Assembly (NCBI GenBank): GCA_951804945.1
Contig: OX638154.1
Span: forward strand, 69,998,001 to 70,062,000
Reading direction: 5' to 3'
Length of the DNA stretch: 64,000 bases
Source: Podarcis cretensis
Taxonomy: Eukaryota
Shown piece by piece: positions 51,174 through 64,000 of this stretch. The stretch's first letter is position 1. Each line of letters begins with the position of its first letter. Under the pieces are notes generated by a model, which had not been told where the DNA came from, searched no databases, and worked only from the letters and a program-made list of their open reading frames with translations. A program made the translations under genes and the position numbers.

Positions 51174-53512
51174 GTAAGATAAATTCTCTTAAGTTAAAAT
51201 TTTAAGTTTCTGTTGTGATGAGATGTGTTTGCTCATGTAAACCATGAGAGTCCAAAAGGACAACATAATTTATTGCAGAAAAGATGCTCCTACCCTAGTG
51301 GAATAAAACTTATTTTGGCATACGATGGTATATTTGTCAACTTCTGAAGCTTATTCTTTTGGGCTGTATCCACATGTGATTGACCAATATGATTATACTT
51401 GATGTGTATATAATATTTTTCATTTTCATGGCATATTGTTAGGTTAGGTGAAGCTATTTTTCCTGTGGCTTTTCCATTACTTTCCCCCTCCCTTTATGAA
51501 TACCTTTAAAAAATTAATTTTAAGTCATTATGTCCTTGAAATTATGTTTAAGAACATGACTAAAACAGCTTCCCAACTTTGCTTTAACTATTATTAAGCA
51601 TCTGCTGCAAATTCTAAGTGGCCTCTTATTTAAAAATGTAAATGATTAATTGATTCCTAACAATGGAATATGTTGTCTAGCAAGTGGAGTGCCGGGGTGA
51701 CTGTCCTTGAGTGGCAGGTGGTTTATTTTTGGATTCCTCTTGTTGAGCCATCTCAAAACGTTGTCCTTGAAAACCAGCAAACTGCAAGTTACATAAACAC
51801 AAGACATAGCAGCTTTAAATATGCATGATCCGATGGAAGAGAAAGTGCATTCGGGGCTATTGCTTTCTCACTTACTGGTCTTACTGACATCAGTGTGGCA
51901 AGTCGTTAGTGGAAAATCAGCACTGTACATCTCAGAACTGGGTAAAGTGTAATTGAAAGTGGGTCACCATCAACTTAAATCTCAGTGCTGTTTGAAAATT
52001 TATTTACCTACTGTTAGATGCAGTACCTAAGGCTACACTTAAATTAGAAAGAAAAGAAGAAGTGTCTTCCCCACCCCCTTTTTTCGAATAAAATTGTCAT
52101 GTTCATTTTCACTGGTGTCACAGACCTAGTCATTTGTGCTAGCGTATTTCCTTTCAACACTAGCACAACACCCCCCTGGCACTGTTGCAGTGCCACGCTT
52201 GTGTAGCAGGTTGTCAGGATAGATAATCAAGCAAAGCTGCTGCCCAACCTCCATTCATTCCGTATAAGTCCCATTGAAATGAATGGAGATTGCATGCCAT
52301 TGAATTATACAGTGTATCTCCTTTATCTTAGTTCTAATTCATGAAAATCAGCTAAGAGTTCTTAGCAACAAACTAGCTAAACTGCAACAGACATTTTGTT
52401 GTTGTATTAAAAGAAACAACACAGGGGGCAACGGATCACAAGAGCTGGCTGGCAAAAATCATGATGGGGGGAAAACTGTGAAGCCAGCCAATGCCTCTAC
52501 ATAGCTCCATCCTTATATCAGACATCGTAATATGTCGGTATATCATGATATTTAGCTGGTGATATTGTCATGATGTTGAAAACCAGATATTGCCCAACTT
52601 AGGGTTAGGACCGCATTGTTAATGTAGCGGGTGAATGTAGCCACTGTTTTTATGTGTGGGATCTTATTATGATCTCTTCTGTTGGCATGGTAATAGTCGC
52701 CCTTCTCTCCTGATAATGTTTTGGAAGGGAATTGAGGAGTTTCATATCTGTGAACGCTCCTGTGAGCCTAGTTGTGTATCTGAGGTGTCAACCCCTGCAA
52801 ACAGGGTAAAGGCACCGAACGCCAAGGATTGTGTTCCCAGCTCCCTCTTCCCTCCCACATGTTGAACAATAAAGACCACTGTTTACTTCCATGAATATCT
52901 TGCAGAAAGCTTTAAAACATTCTATATTTATTTAGTTTAATGTTGGCTCTGTGCTAAGACACGGCTCATGGGCTTGAATTGGAAAAAAGAAGAAGTGTCG
53001 TGTAGGAACTCCAATTTAGATTTCACGCAGTGTAGACCTGCAATCTCTCTCAGGGGATATTGCCCTTTGAAAACCTGGTTTGCCTGACCAACTTTTAAGA
53101 CCTCCCCCTGCCTCCCTACAGAGATGTCGGCGGAGTGTCGAAGGCCAGCTCTGACCAAAAGCGCACTTTTCTCAGTTGCGGTTTCATTAGTTGGTAATTT
53201 GTGATTTGTCAGAGAATATTGTTATATACGTGTGCTCCAGCTGGCCTTTATGCCTTTAGTAGAGAATTATATTTTTATTTTCCTGTGGAACTGCAGTTTA
53301 TAAATGAGAGGTGATGTACTATGCAGCCACCTTTACGAAGTAAAGAAGTTAAAAGCTAATGAGAAGCTTAGATGTCTACATGTAACCACTAGGTGCCCTG
53401 AGTAATTACTGCAATGCCTTTTTAAAAAAGAAGCCGGGGTTGTTTTAGCGATAAGAAATTCCTGTGAAATACTGCGGAAGTATTGGGAACATTGAAAGCT
53501 TCCCTATTACAA

Positions 53513-53814
53513 GGCACCATTTGGGCTATCCATTTAAAACAAAATCCTGCCACTTTAAGCGGTCTTGTCTACCCCACCCATAGGAATTGCAGTTCGTTAA
53601 ACGTGCTGAGAATTGCTAAGGAGACCCCCTATTCCCAGAGTGATTTAACAATCAATGTGTCTCCTCAGAGAACTCTGGGAATTTTCGCTCTTTAAAGGGC
53701 ACAGAGGTCTCCTAACAGCTCCCACCCTTAACAGGATTCCCAGGATTATTTGGGGGAAGCCATGACTGCTTAAAGTGGTACGATACTGCTTTAAAGATAT
53801 GGTGCATATGGGGC
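53513..53814. mobile_element. Degenerate inverted-repeat interspersed element (non-autonomous DNA transposon-like)
   Basis: Subterminal inverted similarity CCACTTTAAGCGGTC / GACTGCTTAAAGTGG and GGAGACC / GGTCTCC. Confidence 0.5.
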
Positions 53815-53830
53815 TCAAATCAGGCATTTA

Positions 53831-53946
53831 GGAAGGGCCATTTAGTCCATTCCCCTGCAATGAATGGATTTTTTGCCCAATGTAGGGCTTGAACCCACAA
53901 CCCTGGGATTAAGAGTCTCCTGTTCTGCTGACTGAGCTGTCTGGGG
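53831..53946 (-). mobile_element. tRNA-Lys(CTT)-derived SINE with CR1-type tail
   Basis: Reverse strand AGCTCAGTCAGCAGAACAGGAGACTCTTAATCCCAGGGTTGTGGGTTCAAGCCCTACATTGGGC resembles tRNA-Lys(CTT), followed by TTGCAGGGGAATGGACTA. Confidence 0.8.
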
Positions 53947-54181
53947 ATATTGACTATTCAAGCAAGTCCAGAAGACTTTCCCATTGTCTGCTATGTGATC
54001 TATTAACAGGAAATTCCAGGAACTCAGGGTTGGGAACCTCTGCATGAAAACCATGTGTGCATAGCACAGGTTTTGACGCTTCCTTTTATTCTTTTACATC
54101 ATAGTAGGCTCCCTTACGTTTCAGTGGATGCAGTTTACTTCCCTCCATTAAATGGAATGGAGAAGATGGTCTGCATATGGA

Positions 54182-54325
54182 CAGGGGTAGCCAACTGGAT
54201 ACCCTCTGAATCTTGCTGGACTACAGCTTCTTTCATCCCCAGACAACATGACCAGTGATCAAGGATAATTTGGGGTGTGTGTGTATGTATTCCAGCAGCA
54301 TCTGGTGGGTGCTACATTGGCCCCT
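54182..54325. mobile_element. Degenerate copy of the palindromic hAT-like MITE family
   Basis: CAGGGGTAGCCAAC...TTGCTGGACTACAGCT...TCCAGCAGCATCTGG...TTGGCCCC. Confidence 0.5.
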
Positions 54326-56516
54326 TGATCTCAAGGAGCTCATGTAGGTTCCTGATCTCAGAATAAATATCTGGATAGGGGTGATATGCTGTTAGATTTT
54401 TTACTTTAGAACTGTACAGTTGAAGGGGAAAATCACCCCTGTCTTTTATCAGCGATACTTTGATAAATATTTGAGCTCAGTACTGTAGATAAGATTGAAG
54501 AGAAGAAAGAAATGTCAAATAGCACTGTTTAACAAGCAATATTTCGAGGGGAGAACATCATCTGCATACATTAGGGATGGAAAAAGTGAAATGATGAATT
54601 TCCACCATTTCCGAGCTAATTTTCATTTCCATTTGTAGCATTTCAAATTCATGTTGTTCTCATCTCTTATTTTTCTTGCCTTTAGTTGCCAGCAGTTGCC
54701 AGAGGCAATTTTTGATGCTTCAGTACCGAATTGAATTCTTTAAAATAAAAAAACCCAACATTTCTCACTTAAAAGAAAACTGGGAAAGAAATTGGGAAGA
54801 GTAGACGGAATGGAGCCACATTAATTACAAATTCTTAAAATAAATCAAATATTGTGGTTCTCTGTTCTGGAAAGGAATACTAATGTGGAGGTAGCTTCAA
54901 GCCAAAGCAGGGAAAATGAATCTTGCTTTATTGGATAGTCTTGCAAGTTCTGCTTTAAAAAAATGTAATAGGCTCAGGTATAGCTGTGCTGTACCAGACA
55001 GAACTATATGTGGGAAAGCATCAGGAGCAAAGGTAAATGTGGGATTGAGTTGTATGGGGCAGGAGAAGAGGTTCCAAGATGAAGTTTATCACCCAACAGG
55101 CCCTTCTGAAGAACTGGGATTTTGGACTTGTGGCAGTTGAGGTGTAAATGTGAGGCAGAAAGTGAACACCAACTGTAGCGAGCCAGATGAGTTTCTTAGT
55201 TCCTGAAATCATCAAGGAACCCTGATATGAAAGCTTCTATATGGGTAAGGGACCTGAGCTGCTGTGGACTATAGGTGCAAGGCAGCTTTCTTGGCTAGTG
55301 TGGGGTGCCCTCCTTTGCCATATATAGGAATGGGAGATCTGATACATCCCAGATCACTAAATAAAATTCTACTACAGGCTCGAATCCCCTTTGCGCTTCT
55401 AGTTTTAATGGACAGAATGAAAAAAATGAACCACTGTGGGGGCTATAAAGGCAGGTGCCGGTTCAGGAAAGGTGGTGATGTTTTCTGCATTATCATCTGT
55501 CAAGTCAACAGTCCATTTCGCCATTTCTAAATTACTAGCTCTAAAAGCCCATGTTGCTATGAATACAAATGGTGCTATATCCCCACTCCATTGTAATTGG
55601 GGTAGGCCTGGAGATAGCTTTTTATCAGTAGATGTGTGCTATATTCTTGGATGAGGAAGGTATTTAAGCTTCTCAAAATGGTAGGATGAGGAAGGACTCT
55701 GGTGGTTTCAGAGCCATTAATCCCTTAGGTGTCTGTAATATTAAGTGTCTGTAATGTTAAGGGAACCACAGTCCATACCACATTCATTACCACAGTAATG
55801 TTTTTACAAGTGGGGCCCACTGCACTTTTCCAGTGTAAGGAAATGTGATGTAACAGGAACAAACTTCCTAACTGGGTAAATGCCATCTGGATTCTCCTCA
55901 AGAAATGAGTAGCAATTCTGCATTCCCTGCACAAAAACCACATCTCATCGAAATGCTTTGGAGGCGCATACTCAGTTAAAGCATGTTGTTCTTTGCTAAT
56001 GTGTCCAGAAAAAAAAACCTAGGCATAACACACTGTGTAGAAGATGGAAGAAAAACATAGCAAGAATCTACATCTGGTTCAGCTCCTGATAAAGCATTTG
56101 CCAGATACTGTTTTAGAGGAGCTTCCTGACAGGGACATTGCAGTCTTGTTTCAGTTGTAAATAGATGATGGTGTCTGAAGATATCGGGGGAAAAGGAAAC
56201 TACTCAAAAGTGAAGAAATAAAATAGAAGACGTTAATGTTCCATCTTCCTTAAAAGTTATTCTTTTTTTTATTGGAGTAATATGAGCAGTTTTTGTTTTG
56301 AAAACCACAGCCAATGTAAAAAGTTACATGAAGCAGCGAGTGCCTAACATTGCAATGAAAGAAAACAAAAGAATAAAATATGTGCTGTTCTAATTCACAT
56401 TCAATGTAATAAAGCTGATGGTAAAACTGGGACCCCAGTAAAGAAGGGAATGCTTGCTATCCCACCTGCAGCTTCCCTTCCACTACCCCTTCACATTTGT
56501 GCACCAATTAGCTATA

Positions 56517-56883
56517 AAGGTAAAGGTAAAGGTACCCCTGCCCGTTCGGGCCAGTCTTGCCAGACTCTAGGTTGTGCGCTCATCTCACTCTATAGGCCGG
56601 GATCCAACGCTGGTCCAGGTCACGTGGCCACTTCTGGGTCACGTGGCCAGCGTGACAAGCTGCATCTGGCGAGCCAGCGCAGCACACGGAACGCCGTTTA
56701 CCTTCCCGCTGGTAAGTGGTCCCTATTTATTTACTTGCACCCAGAGGTGCTTTCGAACTGCTAGGTTGGCAGGCGCTGGGACCGAATGATGGGAGCGCAC
56801 CCTGCCGCGGGGATTCGAACCGCCGACCATGCGATCGGCAAGTCCTAGGCGCTGAGGTTTTACCACAGCGCCACCTGCGTCCC
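56517..56883 (-). mobile_element. Sauria SINE, full length, antisense, same subfamily as 36661
   Basis: (AAAGGT)n tail on the left, head ...CAGCGCCACCTGCGTCCC on the right, intact B box, perfect 14-bp TSD ACCAATTAGCTATA at 56503-16 and 56885-98. Confidence 0.96.
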
Positions 56884-56911
56884 TACCAATTAGCTATAGT
56901 TGGCGCCAATC

Positions 56912-57388
56912 GAATCATAGAATTGGAAGGGAATACGAGGGTTATTTAGCCCAACCCCCTGCAATCCAGAGGGACGCAGGTGGCACTGTGGGTTAAACCA
57001 CAGAGCCTAGGACTGGCCGATCAGAAGGTTGGTGGTTCGAATCCGCGTGACGGCGTGAGCTCCCGTTGCTCGGTCCCTGCTCCTGCCCACCTATCAGTTC
57101 GAAAGCACGTCAAAGTGCAATTAGATAAATAATTACCGCTCTGGCGGGAAGGTAAACAGTGTTTCCGTGCACTGCTCTGGTTCGCCAGAAGCGGCTTAGT
57201 CATGCTGGCCACATGACCCGGAATCTGTATGCCGGCTCCCTCGGCCAATAAAGCGAGATGAGCGCCGAAACCCCAGAGTCGGTCACAACTGGACCTAATG
57301 GTCAGGGGTCCCTTTTCCTTTACCCTGCAAGCCAGCAATCTTTTGCCCAATGCAGGGCTCAAACCCATGCTCTACTGACTGAGCTATC
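56912..57388 (-). mobile_element. Older tRNA-Lys-derived SINE split by a nested Sauria SINE (pieces 56912-56969 and 57323-57388)
   Basis: Tail GAATCATAGAATTGGAAGGG...CCAACCCCCTGCAA on the left and TTTTGCCCAATGCAGGGCTCAAACCCA..TCTACTGACTGAGCTATC on the right join into a copy of the 53831 family. Confidence 0.8.
56971..57322 (+). mobile_element. Sauria SINE, full length, nested
   Basis: Head GGGACGCAGGTGGCACTGTGG, B box GGTTCGAATCC, 13-bp TSD CCCTGCAA(T/G)CCAG at 56957-69 and 57323-35. Confidence 0.95.
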
Positions 57389-57500
57389 TATGGTGGTTAC
57401 ATATGGGAATGAAAGTTCCCCACTGTATATGCTGTGGCCCTGATCAGATCAGGCTCATACATTTGAGTAAGGGGGGGGGAGCACACAATTAGCTCCAAGC

Positions 57501-57542
57501 AAGGTTTTTAACATAACATGTAAGGTTTTTAACATAACATGT
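57501..57542 (+). repeat. 21-bp perfect tandem duplication
   Basis: AAGGTTTTTAACATAACATGT x2. Confidence 0.9.
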
Positions 57543-59328
57543 AGTGTGACCTTCAGATGCAAAAGTGATGCATTAGCCATTATAAAAACAAATGAAGGAT
57601 GAGAGCTCATTTGACCTGCTATGGTCAAGATACTCCATTTTCTCTGGCCGAAACTATAAAGCAGAATGAGATGGCTGTGAGTAAAGTGACTTCCTTGGGT
57701 GATGTCAGCTGAAAATTGACAGCCATGGCCTTCACGTTTCTGCTCAAGTAGCTGCTTGTGTCTCTGCAGTGACATAATGCTTACTTTTTCATCCCATCCC
57801 TATACTACCCCACCTCAGGAGTGGCATGCATGGAGTTAATCCTAGTTTGTTTTCACAACAGCCCTGTCTGGTAAGTGCAGATATCTGCAGATGCTAATAA
57901 TCAAATGGAGTATGAACGGATCTCAGTGCATAGCTTTCCATTTTGAAAGCATGCAGTGTGTGTGTCCTTTTGCAGCTTTCCTTCCTAGGAAGACAAGGCC
58001 TTGCAAAAACTGGATATATGAAAGGAGAGGGAAAACGGTCTAGGCGGTGTAGAATAAGAGACAAACCTGACAACTCCAGTTTGTGAATTGCCATTTGTTG
58101 TGCATCACTGAAGGAAACATTGTTTAGGAACTTAACTAGGAAGTCTTTGCCTTTGGCAGTCAAGGTATATATTAATGCAACTTTGCTCATAATGTGACTC
58201 AGGTAATTCTAAATCTTGAATTTCAGTGAGCTACATAGCTTCAGCTGTTCCTTGTTAGACACTCAGTTATAAACTTTGCTTAACACATTTGTGATAGTGG
58301 AAGCCATTTAACAGCTCTGGGTGCTCCATATACAAAGAATAAAAGGATGTTGAAAATTTTCCAACAAAGCGGTTGAGGAATAGTTTGCTAGTGCTAGCCC
58401 AATTTTTTTTTATTTCTGTAGCCCTCTAAAGTAATGCTTCAATTTACTACTTTTCATTGTGATAACCTTGTTCAGTCACCTAAAGAATAGCTCCATGATC
58501 AGTCACTAGGATTAGATTGAATTGGCTTAGCTTTCTTGGTTAGACACAGTTGGTTAAAGGTATCTTTATTGCCATTTTTAGCCTGTAGTTGCCTCTTGTT
58601 TTAAATTACCTGAGGATTCGAGGTTACATTTCAGCCGCCTACGCATGGTTTGTGCCTAACAGCTTCTGTTTAAAAGGAGTGGTCCCCAGTACGTATAGTG
58701 CATGAATATTTATTTCTATTTTTAAAAAATAGTTGTGTGCAAAGTTGAAGTCTGTAACTTTCAAGGGCAGAGAATAGAAAGGAAATGAACAGACATAAAT
58801 TTAAATTCAACAACAACAAAAAACCTAGGCAAATCTTACAGATCGTGTAACAAGCAATGTGTCTTTTAATGATTTAGTTGTGGAGGTGAACTTGAGACCT
58901 GTTATCCAGATGGGTCCCATGAACTGTTTTAAAAAAAGGGAGAAATTAGTGTACTGGAATAATCCTGTTTCTGACTGAGCTGTAAGTTCTGTTGAAATCA
59001 GCGGAATTTACTATAATATCTTGTAAATGAGTTTATGAGAAGGATTTGGGACAGAATGCAAGGAACTCTAGCTTAAAGTCACAAAACTTTGAGAGTAAAT
59101 AATAAGTGAATAAGTCAGAATTGTAGCATAACCCTTGAGGAACAGATAAACTTAATGCAAGTCACATATATCATGTTATGACTGTTGTTGCTTGCCAGGG
59201 CATACTTTATTTTTTTTTACAATATCGTACAGTATTTGTTGTCTACTACTGTATAAAACCATTTGTCAATTTTGTGAAGCTTCAAACATTATGCATAGCT
59301 CTTGCCACAATAAATCTAGTAGTTTTTA

Positions 59329-59680
59329 GACGTGGGTGGCGCTGTGGTCTAAACCACAGAGCCTAGGGCTTGCCGATCAGAAGGTCGGCGGTTCGAATCC
59401 CCGTGACAGGGTGAGCTCCCATTGCGCGGTCCCTCTTCCTGCCAACCTAGCAGTTCGAAAGCACACAGTGCAAGTAGATAAATACTGTAGGTACCGCTCC
59501 GACGGGAAGGTAAACAGCGTTTCCATGCGCAGCTCTGGTTCGCCAGAAGCAACTTAGTCATGGTGGTCACATGACCTGGAAGCTGTACGCTGGCTCCCTC
59601 GGCCAGTAAAGCGAGATGAGCGCCGCAACCCCAGAGTTGTCTGTGACTGGACCTAATGGTCAGGGGTCCCTTTACCTTTT
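59329..59680 (+). mobile_element. Sauria SINE, near full length
   Basis: GACGTGGGTGGCGCTGTGGTCTAAACC head, GGTTCGAATCC B box, GGACCTAATGGTCAGGGGTCCCTTTACCTTT tail. No clear TSD. Confidence 0.93.
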
Positions 59681-59916
59681 AACTTTTGTTAAAACAGATG
59701 AACAGACTAGTCCTTCTTGTGCATAGAATGGGGCTGAGTGGCTGTATCTCTGCCCCTGCTGCTGAGGTTTTATGGTGCTGCACAACTCATTTCAGACATC
59801 CTTTCTTTTCTTTTTTTGGATGGACATCTGCAGGGATCTGTCTACATCCAGGGTTTCAGAATGTGGCAAAAGCCTACATGAGTAGAGGAGTGGCCCAACA
59901 TCCCTTTTATACTCAC

Positions 59917-59990
59917 GGAATAATGGAATTGTAGAGTTTGAAGAGAACTCGAGGATCATCTAGTTCACATCTGGTCCAACCCCCTGCAAT
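59917..59990 (-). mobile_element. CR1-type SINE tail fragment
   Basis: GGAATTGTAGAGTTTGAAG...GGATCATCTAGT...GTCCAACCCCCTGCAAT. Confidence 0.6.
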
Positions 59991-61550
59991 TACATATGTG
60001 AATGGGTTGGTTTGTTTCTCCAGTACACAAGGAAAAGTGGTTAGAACACTGTTTAGTTTTAGAATTTTCGAATGCTCATCGTGTTTGTTGGGTTGAGGAA
60101 TGAGGAATTAATATAATCAGAGCTATTTTTCCTTCTCGCTTCGGCACCTTCTTAGGAAGCATTAGTTTATCCCCCAGTAAAATCTGAGCATGGCAGATTC
60201 ATTGAATGGCAAGGTATTTTTGACCTTTAGAATGCTAAGGTGTCAAACACAGTATAATGAACTTGCTTGCTTTTCTTACATTTATCACCTGATTTTGTTT
60301 TTGAAACCTTTTGTTAGCAGTTTACCAATTGGGAGTAACATACAAATAATTATATATTTTTATTATTATTAATTGAATTTCTATACCATACTTTATCCGA
60401 AGATCACAGGGCAATTGATAAGCAAATCAGCAGTAATCCTGAGACTATGGCAAGACAGAAACCGTGCTCATTTTAATAAACAGAGCAACACCATATTTTG
60501 AGATGGTGTCAATTTTTCTCTGCCTCCAAAAGGAACCTGAGCATCTCTACTAAATATGAAATTTCTGTTGTGCTAAACCTTTTTTTGTGATTTCATTATC
60601 ACTACCCACTGACTTTTCTTTGAAAGAGAGTTGTAGGAGTATCTGCATATACCCTTTTTGGTACATGCAGATCATTGGCCAGAGTGATACTGCAGTTGTT
60701 TTTAACAGAAGGAAGACAGAGAATCTCCTAATTTCAAATGAGATTGAACAATCCTAGTGAGAGGGGTGTGTGGGTGTGATTTTGGTTGTGTTAAAAGGTA
60801 CTTTGTAGATGCTTTCCTGCTGTTGGCAAAGAGGTGTGAAAAATTAATTCTCGCAATGCAGTCCCCCCCCTCCCAACTGTGGAACAGTGTTGGAAAGGAA
60901 ACCAAATTGTGTTATGTGTTCCTGTTGGTTTCCTAAGCACTTTCTACTGGAAACAGCACATATAATTTAAATGCCTTATTGCATAATTAAGAAGCCTAGT
61001 CTAGGAAAAGCTATGTACTTTTTTTGTACAGCTCCCTGTACCTGTAGTATTTTAGAACAAGAAATGTCCTTGTCCTGGAGATTTTCTTTTTTGTCCAAAT
61101 CTAAGAGGTAACCTCTATTTCACTTTTTTAAAAAAACAAAACACTTTAGCACTTAGGGTACTGTCAGTTATGAAAATTACTTTAGTGTTCAAGCAACAAG
61201 TTTTCTTTGCATTGATTGTGACATGTGTGCATTTTTTGGCATTAAACTCGTGAGCATAAAAGTAAATCGTCGATTGGCCATCCGTTTGTCAAATACAGCC
61301 TCAAGAGACAGAGGAAAGCTAGCTTGAGATGTTGCTCCATTCTTAACAGTAGAAACAACTGGTTATAGATTTCTTTTGCAAGCAACTTGCCCTCCTTATC
61401 AGTTATGGATTTACTAGAATGAACAGAAAGTGTTCCATTTGAAATGTGGAGATACAAATGAAGATTTGAAACACTTTGGCTTCATATTCCTATTTCCTTC
61501 CTAATGCATCCAATTGTGATTTTTTCCCCCTGTCCGAGCAGAGGAATTTC

Positions 61551-61591
<41 letters not shown>

Positions 61592-61597
61592 TGTGTG
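61551..61597 (+). repeat. Compound (CT)n(GT)n microsatellite
   Basis: Read directly. Confidence 0.95.
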
Positions 61598-62182
61598 TTT
61601 TCTTACTATGTCATCAGATGACAATCTTATTCAAACAAGATGTTTCTTAGATGAATTTTAATTATATAGTCTAGGCTCAAATGTATACTTGGCACCATAA
61701 TTCCGTTTGGGAAAATGAGGTTTTGTGGCCATTTAGAACTGATTATGCATTTCAGTGGGTTTGATATGAATCTGCTCTTAGTAAACAGAAAAAAGTACCC
61801 TTGTTTATTGTCCGTTTTCATTATTTAATTTGCAACAGATGAAGCTGGCATGCATACAGATTTCAAGTGATGTAAGTTATTGCCAATTAAGACTGATGAA
61901 GTCTTGAAAACTTAATTTTTATTTAAATGATTATTTTCCAGTCTTTTTTTTCACCAGTGCCCCCAAGGTTTGGTTTACAGTCAAAGAAAATATGAAGTCG
62001 TAAATACAAACATCATTTCATTTATTAAAATAGTAGGCGGTGAACACTTTATAATCTCTACAACCTGTTGTGAAGTGTATTATGAAAGAACTTCAGTTTC
62101 AGTTTTGAGTTAATTACTGGATGCATTGTTTATGATGGATTATTTAAAAAGTAAGTGTGAGACAATGTTAAAAGATTTGTAG

Positions 62183-63151
<969 letters not shown>

Positions 63152-64000
63152 GATTTGTAGAATCTGAAGTCAGGCCTTTTTGAGTCAAAAATATATGTGG
63201 TTTATCATAGTTTGTGGAATCAGTCTGTCAGTAAATCATTTTATTTGTACACCACATTTCCAAAGTTAAAACCATGTTCAAGGTGGCTTACAACATATAA
63301 AAGAATTACATAATTGCAAGCATAACAAAAGTAGATATAAACAATAAACACAACATCAAAAAGTAAACAACCAACTTGAACAAGATCTACATAAATTGTA
63401 AGAGCTAAAATAAATATCAATAACAGCAACAGCCCTCACTCCCAACAAAGCCCCCTAAACAGTATCCAAGTCTGCTTAGCAGCCTCAGCTTTTGTAGCTG
63501 GAGTCCGTCAGGGCCCTGCCTTCTGAGGCCAGGTGGGAAAAAGGCTGCAAGGCAGGGAGCAGGTCTTCCAAGATGCACAGCCAAGATGGTCTCTGGCCTC
63601 ATTAGCAGCCTCAGCTTCGCAACAGAGTATGTCTGCATACAATGGTTTTCTGAGATACAGTGCATCTTTAAAGGACTTGAGATAACACTGGCTCTTTTCT
63701 TACAATATAACCACATCATGTAAGATCTATACATAACTATTTGCTTAGTAACTTCATCAGTTAAATGATTAGAGCTGTAATGATTGGAAGGCTTCTGCTG
63801 AATTTACTTTCAAATAATCTCCGTTTAGCTTTATGTGCAAACCAGGAATTTTGGTTTACAACAAATGACTGTTAGGTGTTAAAACCAATTTCAATTCATG
63901 GTTTATGAAGCTGATTGGTTTAACTACCATGGTTACATAAACACAGTTTAGTGTGAATGCACAAACGTACAGGGTCCTGGAGAGGAGCTTGTAGCCACCA

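Noticed and set aside
53874-53946. Functional tRNA-Lys gene
   Set aside because: D-arm and acceptor-stem mismatches; it continues into a SINE body.
25699-59570. Recurrent similar peptides (e.g. TPFTFP, CFRTARLAGAGTE) suggesting a paralogous gene family
   Set aside because: All are translations of Sauria SINE copies.
1-59680. Sense-strand bias of Sauria SINEs (6 of 7)
   Set aside because: Sample too small to be significant.

Overview
Vertebrate nuclear DNA. The Sauria SINE subfamilies point to a squamate, most likely a lacertid lizard (inference). The window covers the 5' end of ADGRL2 (latrophilin-2) on the + strand: a CpG-island promoter with candidate non-coding first exons (~0.85-4.4 kb), a ~47 kb intron, the first coding exon (50993-51173, encoding the signal peptide MVASDCRMKRFWLLLIVSFLQCTEG, missed by the ORF track), and the start of the next intron. 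The most striking feature is in that next intron: a very young, full-length, intron-less RPS2 (uS5) retrocopy at 62186-63151. It has an intact 296-aa ORF, a perfect 16-bp target-site duplication at a TT/AAAA L1-endonuclease site, a pure poly(A), a TOP-like 5' end preceded by a probable cap-derived G, and it lies in the host's sense orientation. The introns also carry seven Sauria SINEs (including a head-to-head pair and a nested insertion), other tRNA-derived SINEs, TA-flanked Tc1/mariner-type MITEs, palindromic hAT-like MITEs, L2/CR1 fragments, microsatellites and one assembly gap. Almost all other ORFs in the track are spurious. I found no evidence for a wholly new multi-gene system. All family assignments are from recall of consensus sequences, not from searches.
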